Shown: positions 24,633 to 37,579 of the stretch, piece after piece
How positions within the stretch are numbered: the first letter of the stretch is position 1
How the letters are laid out: each line of letters begins with the position of its first letter
Assembly: GCF_036971445.1 (NCBI RefSeq)
Contig: NC_091475.1
Location: 175,832,001 to 175,896,000 of the forward strand
Source of the DNA: Narcine bancroftii
Taxonomy: Eukaryota
Reading direction: 5' to 3'
DNA: 64,000 nt
Made by a program: the position numbers and the translations under genes
Notes under the pieces: generated by a model
Seen by the model: only the letters and a program-made list of their open reading frames with translations
The model's database searches: none
What the model was told of the DNA's origin: nothing

Positions 24633-25450
24633 ATCAGATCAGATCAGATACATTTATTGTCATGTAATAAAACAGAAATGTCATGTTACATGAAATTGGC
24701 TTTAGTCTGCCATAGTTGGATAAAGATTCACCATTAGATATTACCTGGCACCCCTTACAGTCAGAGAAAGAGAAGCAAAAGAGAGTCCCCTCAGAGCCAT
24801 TGAGTGACTGTGGATTCGCATCCAATGCTTCTGCAGCCGCACATGACTCCAGTTCAGTTGAAACCATCAGCAACACGAGCCCAAATCCAAACCCCTGACA
24901 CCATAAGGAAGCTTTCAGTGCCAGGGCCCTTCATACCCTCAGCACCCTTTCGAATCCCGGTTCTGATACCGGGTTCTCATGAGCCAGTCTCCAGCAGTTT
25001 GCAACTTGGTGAGTTCTTTGATCTCAAGTCGCTAGCAGCCCCACATCCTGTGTGGGTTCCTCACCTATGTTGCAAACAGTTCGCTTCCTGTACGTGGCCT
25101 TCAGCCGCAAAGCCCCTCGCTGGTCCGCCACCATGGTCACTGTCCACAAGGACATCTTCTCTGCTTCCTCCCAATGGGGTGCGTTCGCCCCATAACTGGT
25201 TTCCTGCACCAGACCTCTGCTCCCTTGGAGTCTGCAACCTCTCAAGGCACGGCCAGCTTCTGCCCAGACCCTACGGTCACAGGATTTTAAATAAAACACA
25301 TCGCTCCTTTAACAAGCCATTTAAACCCTGTACAGAGCCATTGGCAGTAGGACCCTTTGGGAGAACCCTGTGCCTCCGCTCCCCGCTCTCCCTGGGTCCA
25401 CAACAGCGGCTGCGCTGCCATTACTGCTGCTCCAACAGCGCTTCCATTTT
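24633..25450 (-). mobile_element. Probable non-autonomous retroposon with Rex1-type tail
   Basis: Left end agatcagatcagatacatttattgtc resembles reversed Rex1-type tails; GC-richer body without RT similarity. Confidence 0.4.
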
Positions 25451-26864
25451 ATTGGACAATCAAATGCCTTTTGAGGATCTGTATATCCCCAGGACATTAT
25501 TTCTTTTGTTTTGCTTGCTTTAAATTTGACAAGTCCCTGTCCCTGAGATTAGGCTGGAAAACAAAAGCTCTGTTGAAGGATTAAATGACCTGAAATATTA
25601 ACTCTTGTTTCTCTCTTCATAGATGCTGCCTTCCCTAATGATCTCGCAGCACTTTCTTTTTATCTTGGGGTCCTCGCAAGATGGAGCATGCTGTCCTCTT
25701 CCTCCACCTTAAATAATGACTGGCAGAATTCATTCAAGTTTGTCGTTTGGTTACATCCATAAAACCTTTCATCATTATCAACTTTTAAAAGCTTGGATAT
25801 TGCTCCTTTCCCCTCATAACTGGGTAAAAATTTTGCATTAATTTTGATATCCATTCCAACCAAAAATATCTAGAGTTAAAACCCAATAATAAATGCTCTT
25901 TTATTGGTAGCCTATGACTAAGTTAAACGCTTTCTATAAGGGTTGTGTCTTCAATGATCTAAAGTGTCTGCAAAATTTCATTAACAATTAACAAATGACT
26001 TAAAGAAACCCGAGATATTTAATGTGAACTCCAGGCCTTGGCCTTTAGATGTAATAGTGAAGATTAAAACTCGACATTTTTCAGTCCTTTCCATTCTGAA
26101 ACATAAGAACACTCAATAAAAGCATGGCACTGATACATGTAAGAAAGGCACTTAATATATGGTTTGCAGCTTACTAGAGTGGAACTTGTTTGTACTTGTA
26201 TTTTAAAGGTAACCACTACAAAACTGCTGGTTTGGTTTCCAAGAGGATGTAAGTGGCTGACAAGGCCAATTTGTGTAGTAGGAGATGCCTGCTCCAATTG
26301 CATGATTAACAGCTAATGTGCTTGTATTGTGAGCCATACCCTGCCTGTAGTTCCACTGTTCAAACAATGCTGTCAATCTATTGTAGCTCTGACAGGGGTG
26401 GAGCTTAATCACGTGGAATGATCCAAACGGCAATGTCAGAGAATCAGAATCAGGCCCAATGTGTCCATGCCAACCAAGTGCTCATCCCATTTGCTTACAT
26501 TATGCCCGTAAACTTCTAAACATTTTCTGTCCATATACTCTGTCAAACTGATTCTGAAGCAAGAACACCTCCCAGATTTCAGGTCAATGTTGACATACTT
26601 GATGGCGACTAGCATCAAATCACACGAAGCAGAGTGCAGGTAAAATGCTAGTTTTAATAGGCTAATATATACAGCTAGGTCTTGAGGTCTTGCCTCTGTA
26701 CAAGCCTTGGCCAGAATGGGGGGCGGGGGGGGAATGGATCTCCACCGGTTTATATATGCAAGGTAGTGGTGTAATAACAGACCATCACAATATTCATATG
26801 TGACTTAAGGGAGCCCATGAAACATTTCTTTAGGCTTCTCTGCCAGCTCTTCCTTCCTTCAGAT

Positions 26865-27170
26865 TAGACCATAGAACTACACAGGAACAGGCCCTTCAGC
26901 CCACATGTGTGCCAAATATGATGCCCCAATTAAATTAAAACATGGCTGCTTGTGCATGATACCTATCCCTCTATTCCCTGCATATTCATCAAGAAGCCTC
27001 TTAAACACAACTATTGTACCTCCTTCTACCATTACTTCTGGCAGCCTATTTCAGGCAGCCACCACTCTGTAAAAAATAATCGCTCCATACATTCCTTTAA
27101 ACGTTTTCCTCCCATCCCTATCTTAAATGCATGCCCTCTAGAATGCGACATTTTTATTCAGTCAAACACT
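26865..27170 (-). mobile_element. Old CR1 3' fragment
   Basis: ccatagaactacacaggaacaggcccttcagccc 3' UTR and degenerate ORF2 end. Confidence 0.6.
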
Positions 27171-28016
27171 TGACATGAAGTTCTCATTCCATGATCAGTC
27201 AGGTTATTGGTAGAAAATTCCTACTCATCTGAGAACCTTGCATCTTATCCTCATTGGTTTTCTCAGACAGACCATATACAAGTGGTTTACCTCGATGGCA
27301 TGATGTTTCTACAGGATTTGGGTTTCACATACATACAATAAGGTTGGCAACACAACAGCTTTGTATACCTCTAATTTTGTTTGCCAACAAGCCTCAGCAC
27401 TCTAACACTGCTATGTTAATTCTGGGACAATTTGAATATTTGAACATATAATTTGAATGGTACGAGCTAACATGAGTTTATAAATGTGAAAGACAAACTT
27501 TCCCTGCTGGGAGATAGGCTCCTGGTGCAGAATAATTAAACTCAATCAATCCAACATAATCAATTCACTCTTCATGTAATACAAGAGTCAGTTTAATTCA
27601 CTTCTGGCCAAAGAAAATATTTTTACTCAACTTTCAGATTCTAAAAGCAAATATTTTAGAACATTAATTTTAATTAATGTTCTCTTCCAATCATGTTGAT
27701 ACCCCTTTGGCTGATCTGCGTTTTCTTAATGGAGGGTGATGATCTCCAGCCCTGTAACTCTGGCTGAGGTCAGCTTTTACAGCAGGGACTGCTGTCTGAA
27801 CCTAGGGCCTGTTCAGTCTTCGTAGATTAGTTTCACGTCGGGCAAATAACCAAAACATTGTGGGGGGACATTCAGTTAAAAAATAAATTATATGAGATAT
27901 CACTTCATTAATTATAACCATGGGTATGAGATTCTTACTGTTTATCTTTACAAGAAATGTTATTGAACAGATTGTTTATTAAAGGCAGGACTGAGTGTTT
28001 TTGTACATCATAAAAT

Positions 28017-28235
28017 GGGCGGCACAGTTAGAGTAGCTGTTAACGCAACGCTGTTACAACACCAGTGGCCCAGGTTTGGATCCGGCGCCGTCTGTAAGGC
28101 CTTTGTACATTCTCCCTGTTTCCACGTGGGTTTCCTCTGACCTTTCAAAATGTATGGGGCTTATAGGTCAATAGGATGTAATTGGGTGACCGGGGCTGAA
28201 ACAGCCTGTTACTGTGCTGAACGTCTAAATCTGAA
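28017..28235 (+). mobile_element. V-SINE (HE1-like)
   Basis: gggcggcacagttagagtagc head, V core, CR1-like tail. Confidence 0.8.
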
Positions 28236-30808
28236 CGATTTAAAAGACAGCAATATTCAATGTGAAATATGTCAGTAGTCCTTTCACGTGAATGCTGACT
28301 GAGAACGATGGCTTTGGGCAGCTTATAAGGCATCGTTCTAACCTCTACTATTGGAAATGTTGTCCACGTACAGACAATCCCAACACTGGTTTTCATACGA
28401 GAGACAAATTCAACCTCCACAACTCAGGAAACTTGATATGTCGGGGGGGGGGGGGGGGGGTTAATGTAAGAGATTATTATCAGGGTCAATATATTATTTG
28501 GCATTTATAAATGTATGGGCTAATAAAGGAATGTCATCTCAGATTTATTAAAGGCAAACAGTGTTTAATTAACATTTGAATTCCTCACTGAAGTAACAGA
28601 GAATTTGAAAAAAGGGTTCATGTTCATATGTGCTTTCTGAATACCAGAGTGGAAGTATTAACAAAGTATTAACAAAGCTGTAGTAACATGGTTAAAAAAA
28701 ATCTAATTGAAAGAGAACTGTAGAAGGGAGAAACTAGAAGATCTACAGATGCTGGGCTCTAGTGCAGTAGACAAAAGTGCTGGAGAAACTCAGCAAGTCA
28801 TGCAACAGCCAGAAAAGCTGAAGGACAGATGACTTTTCAAGTCTGAGTCCTTCTTAAAGGATGTCGAAAATCAAGCAGATGCCTGAGTGAAAAGGTGGGG
28901 TTCAGGGCAGGGGGAAGGAATATAGGCTAACAGATAAGATGGATTGTTGTATGTGGAGGAAATGTGGCCTCCCTGCCTGACTGGAATGTGTGTATTGTGG
29001 GTGGTCACATGTCCTCCCTCTCTGTAACTTATTCGGAAGTCACCTTACCTGTCAATCAAGGTTGGACTCCGGCCACCCATTAGTGTACACCTTGTCGTTG
29101 GCAAAGTTATATCACCTAGGGTCATTATTGGCTAGATGCCCGGATCAGAACTGTATAAAACATCAATGCATAGCACATTCTTTCTCTTTGCCTCATGGTC
29201 CAAGCCCTGGCCATTGCTCCTATGGACATCGCTGGAAATGTCGTGGGTAAGGTGTTCACTACACTGATGCTGAGCCATAGAATTGCGATAGATCAATACT
29301 TGCAGAGGGCCACACACCCATTGGTACAGAGAACTGGGTGTGTGTGAGTCCATTTTGTGGTGTGTGAGCATGTTGAATATAGGTTCACTATTGTCAGAGT
29401 CCAACCTAGGTCTGAGGTGAATGTCTACATCATTGCTTAAAATAGTGATTGAGTACCGTTTAACATTCTCCCCTGTTTGTCTCCCGTGTGTTAATTAAAT
29501 TTACGTGTGATTATTAACACTTGTGTCCAGACTCATCTCTGTGTGATACTCTTCCCATCAGAACAATTGGCTTTGCGAGCAGGATTCAAAGAGTTTCAGC
29601 TGGAGAGACGTGGAGTCTTTACCATGTGGGAGTGGAAGATCGTACTAAAGATGTGAGAGCTTGTACTCACAAGTGTGTGGGTGTCCTGTCTGGTGCATAT
29701 GTGATTGGGTACCTGCTCACCAATGGGGGCAGCAGGAGGTGACTGACAAATAGGAAAGGAACACTGGGGTTGGATTATAAAATCCACAGGTGGACCAATG
29801 ACCATCAGGGGTTTGGCTGTTCTGTGGTGTGGCTTGCAAGCCACGTCATACCGGTTGACTGGATCAACAGGCTGGACGCCCATGGAGCGAAGCTAGGGCA
29901 CCACCTGGTCTCACTCCTAGAGTTACTGGGGTTTCCTGAGGCCAGAGGGAGTTGTGGGGGAGCTCCCTACTTAGGTGCTAGTGGGGTATCACATCTGATT
30001 TAAGTAATCAGGGTGCCCAGCAGCAGTGCTGTTGTGCACGACAGGAGCCAGTGCAAGTGTGAGTGACCAACCTATAAATTGAAATCATGGAGGCAGCTTC
30101 CAAACTGATTGAAACACAGCAGCTGAAAGCAGCTCACTGGTCTGGCTCGCAGCTTGACCCAAACAATATCCAAGCCATTGTCCATCGGGGGAGGGGATTG
30201 ATATGTGGTTGGGGATGGGTTTGTGTTGATGGATGTTGATGATCATGAGGAAACTGAGTCCCACGGCACAGGTCCTCCCTCTGTGTGCCTGAGCCTTAGA
30301 GCTTACAAAGGCCATGCAGTCCCAGGCCTGCCACGAGTGCATCCCGCCAACCTTCCAAAATGGGGAGGTAGCCAAAAACGGTGGACTTCAGGTGGGCATG
30401 CTACCAAAGAGCTAACCGAGCCAGGTGAACACCTAGCTATGCAGCTGCCACAGCTATGGGACTAGTGGGCCACCAATTTCATCAGGAAATAAGCGCACTG
30501 GGTGGTCTGTCTGACCAATAGATGATTGGCACCACCCTTTGGGAATGAGTGGTGCCTACAGTTGGGCCAGGTCCCCTCCCCTTGCACAGCTAGCCACAGT
30601 GAACACCATTGGCGTGGGGTCACAAGTTGTTGGGGAGTGGGCACTGATCGTGCTCACCATTTCCCAAGGGACATGAAGGTGGCTGATCAGCAAGAAGCTG
30701 TTGTCATTTATTATGCAGAGAATTTTAATCAAGTCAGGCAAGATTTGTTGCCATGGAAATGTTATCACTGGACTTTCCAGCTTAACAACCCACATCCCTT
30801 GTTTCAAG

Positions 30809-31298
30809 TCTTTGGCTTGGCTTCGCGGACGAAGATTTATGGAGGGGGTAAAAAGTCCACGTCAGCTGCAGGCTCGTTTGTGGCTGACAAGTCCGATGCG
30901 GGACAGGCAGACACGATTGCAGCGGTTGCAGGGGAAAATTGGTGGGTTGGGGTTGGGTGTTGGGTTTTTCCTCCTTTGCCTTTTGTCAGTGAGGTAGGCT
31001 CTGCGGTCTTCTTCAAAGGAGGTTGCTGCCCGCCAAACTGTGAGGCGCCAAGATGCACGGTTTGAGGCGATATCAGCCCACTGGCGGTGGTCAATGTGGC
31101 AGGCACCAAGAGATTTCTTTAGGCAGTCCTTGTACCTTTTCTTTGGTGCACCTCTGTCACGGTGGCCAGTGGAGAGCTCGCCATATAACACGATCTTGGG
31201 AAGGCGATGGTCCTCCATTCTGGAGACGTGACCCATCCAGCGCAGCTGGATCTTTAGCAGCGTGGACTCGATGCTGTCGACCTCTGCCATCTCAAGTA
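30809..31298 (-). mobile_element. 5'-truncated RTE-clade LINE nested in the ERV-like element
   Basis: ORF 30862-31290: QLRWMGHVSRMEDHRLPKIVLYGEL and C-terminal CxxC..H zinc finger. Confidence 0.92.
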
Positions 31299-32207
31299 CA
31301 GCCTTTGTAATGGACCTTTTTTTAAAATTGCACCTTGAGCAGTGAACTCTGCATAAATGCTTCTCAGCATTCTCAGGAAATTGTGCTTTTGATGTAGATC
31401 ATAATTAAGATGTTACAGAATCACAAACTAGCAGGAAATATTACATATATTTTGTTTCAACTGACAATGACAGCATTGCCCCAGCCCTCCCATTAACAGA
31501 CAAATACCTCATGGGATGGGGGCTTCAGGAGGTTTTATTTAAGATCACTAATTGACTTTCAGTCCAGCTCCTCCTGGCTATTGTTACAGGGATCCCACAC
31601 AGGCACCTGTGGCACCCGTTTAAAAAGAAAACAGGCAGGAAAGGCATCCTGGTGTCAGTCGACAGTCAGGGATTATACCCTGGATATATATGTCTGCCAG
31701 CCTGCCCCCACTTCATCACGGGATAGCACAGCAATGGCCATCTGGGCACTGTGCCAAGGTGCAGGTTGTGCAAGGCAAGAGAGGGCTCTTCTGCTCGTGG
31801 ACAATTGATGGTAAGGGTGATCACGTTTGCTAGCCAAGCCAGAGAAACCAGTCAATGACCAAACAAATTTCTTTCTCTACCCTCCCCTCTGATACTGCAG
31901 CACCCTGCTCCATAAGAAACACAGTGATCCTGTTTGGTCGGGGGGAGCTGGTGAGACATTGTCATTGAATTTGATTATATATGTGCCTTGTCCAGCATGA
32001 TCCGCATGATTGGTATCATTTTGTTAAAACGTTTTTTTGTTCTTTTCTTTTCCTTTTTTTAGTTATAACATAGAGTTATTGATGGTTCTTCATTGTGATT
32101 GCAGAGTATTGTGACTTCTGAGGGGTGGAAGGTTGTGCGTAGAGGAATTGTGGCTTCCCTGCCTATCTGGAATGTGTGTATTGTGGGTGATCACAAGTGC
32201 TCCCTGT

Positions 32208-32350
32208 TTGCAACTTATTTGGAAGTCACATCACCTGTCAATCAAGGTTGGTACAGGTGATTTAAATGAGCCAACAGCAAGGAGTGCACTCATGGGTGGC
32301 CGGAGTCCAACCTTGATTGACAGGTGATGTGACTTCCAAATAAGTTGCAA
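32208..32350. repeat. Perfect 44-bp inverted repeat in the 3' LTR
   Basis: 32208-32251 is the exact reverse complement of 32307-32350; 55-bp spacer. Confidence 0.95.
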
Positions 32351-32646
32351 TAGGTCGACACTTGCAGAGAGCCACACCTCCATACAGGAAACTGGGTGTG
32401 CGTAAGAGTCCTTGTTTGTAGTGTGTGTGTGTGTGTGTGTTGAGAAAAGATTCACTATTGTTGGATTCCATCTTAGGCCCAAGGTGATTGTCTATATCGT
32501 TGCTTAAGTGAAATAGTAATTGAGTGCCGTTTAACATTCTCCTGTTTGTCTCCCATGTGTTAATTTGTTATGTGAGATTATAACTCTTGTGTCCAGACTC
32601 AAATCTCTGTGAACCCACAGAACTTGATATTCTTCCCAACATGACA

Positions 32647-33030
32647 TGGATACACATGAGAGGGTAGATGAGTAGAAGGAGAGCAGAAAGGGCTAAAGGT
32701 AGCTCTCTGATAGTAGAACAAAGGGTCGGGCTTGGGGAGCTGGAGGAAGAGAAACAGAAGAACAAGGAAAAGAGGCTGATGAGGGAAACAGAAATTAGAG
32801 ATCGATATTGATTCCATCTGGTTCGAGACTTCCCAAATAAAAGCTGCTGTTCCTCCAATTTGCTGGTGGTCTGAACTTAGCAGTACACAAGGCCATGGAC
32901 AGATATGTGAAATTGAAGTGGTTGGCCTCTGGGAGCTCTTTCCTGTTGCAGCAGGCAGAACGAAGGTGCTCAAGGTGGAAGTAAAATTGTTTTTCAGGCC
33001 AGAAGGAAATATTAAATGATGTTCCCAAGA
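32647..33030 (-). mobile_element. Penelope-like 3' remnant (continues at about 28730-28944)
   Basis: EEQQLL / FYLGSLEPDGINID matches the Penelope GIY-YIG C-terminus; the other flank carries gatgctgg...gctggagaaactcagc terminal sequence. Confidence 0.7.
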
Positions 33031-33635
33031 TTCAAGACATTTTCTTAATTATTCAGTATGATACAGTTGAGTGTAGAACTATTTTAAGTTTGAAGGTAAG
33101 AAACTCATACGGTGTATATATATAGTAAACAATGAGGTGGATAGTACAACACCAGAAGACATGTTGTGAAATACATAGTGGACAAAATTCAATGCAAAGA
33201 ATTCAAGCAAAATGTACAAATTCTGACAGGAATGTAGGCACTGAGAAAGCTGTGAATGTTATATGTGCCTGGACTTGTGCATCAATATCGATGGATGCAC
33301 TGTGATGCTGTCCAACAGGGGAATCACATCACGTGACTGCTTTGTGAGGTTTTAACACCGATAACAGGAATTTGAAGATTCAGTAGGTTAAGTGATTCAC
33401 TTCTTTGATAAGTGTGGGACCAGGAGGCAGAAGTAGTGTGAAACAATCGGCAAGCATGCCTTTGATTTTATTGGATACCAATCCTATGTAGGCTAAAGGT
33501 TTGAATGATCAAAAGCTGAACTTGCACAATTGCTGTCCTGATAGAAATGCTATCCTGGAATTTTGGAGAATTTTATCCACAAGTGACTGGCACAATTGCA
33601 GGTGTATTAAAGCCCCAAGTCTACATAACAGAGCC

Positions 33636-34282
33636 TGTTAGTAAGTTTTGGCAATGAATTACTGGTGTGACTTTTCCGTTAAATCCTGAATTAATGTTGT
33701 TAGGAAATTTTGAAAGTATTACTCCTAAATTACTTTTGTCAGATTCTCATTTGAAATTTGTTAAGTTAGCTTTAGCAATAGCAAGGAAATGTATTGCTGT
33801 AACATGGAAATCTGATGTCTCATGAACACTAGAAAGATGGCAGTATTCCTTCAGAAAAAAACATAACTTAAGGGGTAAATATTCCTTATTTCTACAAATT
33901 TGGAGCTCATATGCTAGAATAATGAGATTGAAATTATATTTTTTTTAAAAATCCTCCTGACCCGTGAAGTTTTCCCTGAATGAATAATAATTTTTGGAAT
34001 GATATTTTTGGGATCCTTGAGTGTCACCTGATGCAATCCAAATTAATATGTAGCAATGTAATTATGTATTTACAATAGATTTAGATCAGTTATGGGATAA
34101 GATTAGATGGTGGGGGTAGGGGTTTTATTTTTAGTTTAATTTTTCATTAGTTTTTAGGTTTTTTTTCTTCCTTCTTTTTATATATTTTCACATATATTTG
34201 TAAATGTTGTATTATTGTGATTTATTATTGTTTGTTATTATTATTTTATATATGTTGATTTAAATAAAATATTCAAAAAAAA
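33636..34282 (+). mobile_element. Old 5'-truncated L1
   Basis: KFVKLALAIARKCIAVTWKSD matches the ORF2 C-terminus; AATAAA + A tail; 14-bp TSD tacataacagagcc (33622-33635, 34283-34296). Confidence 0.85.
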
Positions 34283-36457
34283 TACATAACAGAGCCCAAA
34301 ATGCATTGGTGAGACCACTTCATTCAATATTATTTTGTTACTTCACATAACCTTCCTGCTCAATAGATCACAGTCAGTGTGAAGTGGACAGTTTACAATA
34401 TACCCCTGCATATCTCTGAAGGTTGTAGGAAAACAGAGAAGGCTGTTTGAAATCAAAGCATATGGGATCTTTGCCTTTGCTGAAAGAAAATTTAGTTCAA
34501 AAGGAAAAAGTTGGGCCTTAGAGTAATCTTGTGACAACACACTTTAGGAACTTTGTCAGTGCCTTTGAATGTGTGCAGTGGATGAGTCAGCCCCACCTGA
34601 GCATATTTCCAAAAGGTATCCAGACGATAGTTTCAACTCCCGGTGAAATCCCTGAGGCTATTGAAAGCTTAAAGGGGCTTCTTGCATCATTGAGGGGCTG
34701 GGAGTTACAAACAACGATCAAGGATGCCATGAGGAACACACTGGTGGGCACCGAAGTTCTAATGAGGTTTTACATTGGTGAGGTCATTGGCCAAGGAAGC
34801 CTGATTGGATATAATGACTGAACTCTTTGTGACCCAGCAGTCCAATGTATATGAATGAACAAGATTTCAAAATAAATAAGCCTCTAATTAAGACATGGGA
34901 AAAAACAGTGGAAGTTTACACGAATGGTGGGAGGATGGAGGGTCTTCAGTTATATGAGGTAACTGAAAAACTTGATGTTAGGGCAAAGGAAATACAGAGA
35001 AGCTCTAATTGGGATATTCCAAATTTAAAAGTTCTGACAAAATGGAGAGAAATATTTTTGAGTGGCTAAAAAAAATGCAGATTCTGGATATCAGATATAA
35101 AACCTGGAAGCAATGATCAGGTCAGGTGTTATCCTGTGGAAAGAGAAACAGAATTAACATTTCCTTTCTGATGTCCTTTGTCAGAGCTGAGGAGGGAACA
35201 CTGATAGATTTTAGAAGTGAAGAAGGTTGGAGAAATGGGTGGATAGGAACTGAATAAAGTGACACATAAGCAGCTTATCTGTGTTATGTGTTGTTAATAG
35301 TTAATACAGAGGGCACTAAAAGAGGGAGAAAAACAGGGCTAAACTCAAAGATGGTGCAAAAATGGCCAGGCCTGATGCAGAAAGTATAAATGACCTAAAT
35401 TGCCAGTTAGTGTGCCAGGTCGTATTACAAGGATGGCATTAACATCAACTCCAGTTTCTGTTAGGCCTACCGCCACCCCCATCTTTCCTGTCACGCTCTC
35501 TCTTCCATTTTCCCTTTGTCTCCTTTACCCAAGATAGGCATTCATATAGAAGCCCCTTCCCCCTACCAATTCTCACCTTTCCTTTCTTATGCCTCTTTTC
35601 CATATCTAAATCATTGCCTTTTGTCTGTTGCTCTCTGCTCCTCTCCGTTATTTATTTTATTCAGGCACCTGTCTGCTTTTTCTCAACCATTGAAGAAGGG
35701 CTCATGCCAGAAATATATCTTTATCTCCTATGGACTCTGCTGGACTTGTTGAGTTCCTCCAGTATTTCACAATTTTGACACTGTCACACTCTGTCAAACC
35801 TTCTCGCTCTGAACATGCAGCAATCCACTCACCAAAACCAACCTCCACATTGTTATCAAACCTGCTGTGGAGGTGCTAAGGGCAGGGTGTTGTTTGGTCA
35901 ACAAATCTCCAGAGACTGACTGTTAGCACTCTGTGCCCTCTCCTCTCCTCCTCTCCACCACTGGATCACAGCTCTACCAGAGAACACTCGTCCAAAGGGT
36001 CGTGGATCCCATTTCCTCAGGAAAGCTTCCCTCCACAGCCTCTAACCTCAATCTCCCACACAGGCACAGCCTGATTCAACCCAAGATACACAAGGCTGTC
36101 TGGTAGGGCCATTGTTTCTGCCAGCTCTTGTACCACAAAACTTTTTTTTCTATCTTGATTCCAATGTTTCTCCTCATGCCCAAATCTGGAGATGGTCTGA
36201 TCCCTTCTGTCACTTTGAAAGTTTCTTTATGTGCTGCCAATTGCCACTCTTCTATCATCTTCACGAGGCCTGATCAGACTCTTCCTCATAGCTGTTGGAT
36301 ATCAACAAGGTTGGGAAGTTGGGCAGAATGGACATCAGGAATGGGCTGGTGTCTGCCAGCAAGATAGCAGTGAGCTGTCCAACAGCAAGCTAATATACAA
36401 TGGCACATCCAGCCACAGTTAGATGTTGTAAAATGCCTTCTTTGAAAATGGTGACCC

Positions 36458-36725
36458 TGTGGCGGCGCACATCCTCATGGTGAATCGGCGCCGCTTGTAT
36501 CACCACGTGACGGGGCAGCCATAGGGAAATGGCGTTGTCAGAGGTTTCTCTCTGACTCCAGCCTCCCTTCCATCGTCCACCCTGGGCAGCGATTATGATG
36601 TCACAATGCACCAGGTGACTGAGCTCATGTTGCCCTTATAGGGGCGTGCTGAATTTGAATTAAAAACTGTCATTAATGACCCTCAACATGGTGGCTGTGT
36701 TTCTTCCACTGGTCACACCACCACA
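36458..36725 (+). mobile_element. Short solo LTR (Gypsy-type)
   Basis: TGTGGCGGCGCACATC...CACCACA termini, TATA-like cttataggg and attaaa; same start as 54013. Confidence 0.6.
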
Positions 36726-37311
36726 ACACCAATTTTCCTGTTAATAAGTGTGATAAAAATTAAAATGCAAACTAGTTAATCATACACATTATCAGCCCTA
36801 GTAATAAGACACAACTCTGAAACCAGAAAGTTTATCTTGCTTCACAAAACTAAATTCATCTCATTAAAAACCACACTTCAACCTTTTACCATTGACAAAC
36901 TTGAAAACATGCATTCAAAAAAAAGCTTTCCTCTGTCTCCTTTCCTCCAGCCCCCACCCCCTTCCCTCTCCATTCAGAGATCTCTGGTTTTCATTAAAGT
37001 CCCTCCCCTGTCTCTCTTTCCCTATCCCTCTGCTTTCCTCTAGCTCCCTACCCCCTTCTCTCTCCATTCAGAGAGCTTCGCCCCATCACTTCCCAGCATT
37101 TTTCTTTTGTGCTGTATTATGCCCCCCCCCCACCCCCACCACTACCTAAATGCTTTTTTGAAGGACTCGGGGCCAAAATGTTGGTTACTCATCTTCGCTG
37201 TATAAAGAACGCTGCATGACCTGCTATGTTTCTCCAGCACTTTAATGGATTGAAATAAAAAAAATGTTTTTATGAAATATTTTGTATTTTAATGAATAAT
37301 AAAAAAACAAT

Positions 37312-37317
37312 TTTATT
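37312..37317 (-). promoter_or_regulatory. Candidate polyadenylation signal AATAAA of the minus-strand gene
   Basis: TTTATT on plus, about 165 nt downstream of the stop at 37482; weak evidence in AT-rich DNA. Confidence 0.5.
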
Positions 37318-37481
37318 TTAACATTTTAATGAAAACTAATTAAATTAGGTACAATACAAAATATGTTGAAGACACTGAAATTACTTTACAAATCACATTA
37401 TATATACAAATGCATGTATAAATTCTATAGTATTCCACAGACACATATGTAACTCAAACTTCCTGCAGACATATTTTTTCA

Positions 37482-37579
37482 TTACTTAGAATCAAAAAAG
37501 AAAGTTTCAAAGTTTAAATCCAGGTCTGACACCAAGGCATCAACAAGGTCATCCATGGAAGGTTTCTTTTGAAGCATGC
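37482..37579 (-). CDS. Terminal coding exon of an unidentified gene: (G)[31 protein letters not shown]-stop
   Basis: Acceptor ttttatttgcag, phase 1, open to TAA; non-repetitive; in frame with the 40-nt exon upstream. Confidence 0.7.

Larger units (their letters stand above)
28945..32646 (+). mobile_element. Two-LTR, internally deleted class III ERV-like element (5' LTR 28945-29565, PBS 29568-29585, PPT 32120-32130, 3' LTR 32131-32646)
   Basis: Perfect 5-bp TSD TGGAT (28940-28944, 32647-32651); homologous LTRs; PBS TGGCTTTGCGAGCAGGAT; polypurine tract GAGGGGTGGAA; leader and gag start align with the ERV at 17922-21999. Confidence 0.85.

Noticed and set aside
24804-25523. 239-aa plus-strand ORF
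   Set aside because: Lies antisense within a GC-rich repeat-like element; no domain motifs.
28017-28090. tRNA gene
   Set aside because: tRNA-derived SINE head without an intact cloverleaf; the same applies to the other SINE copies.
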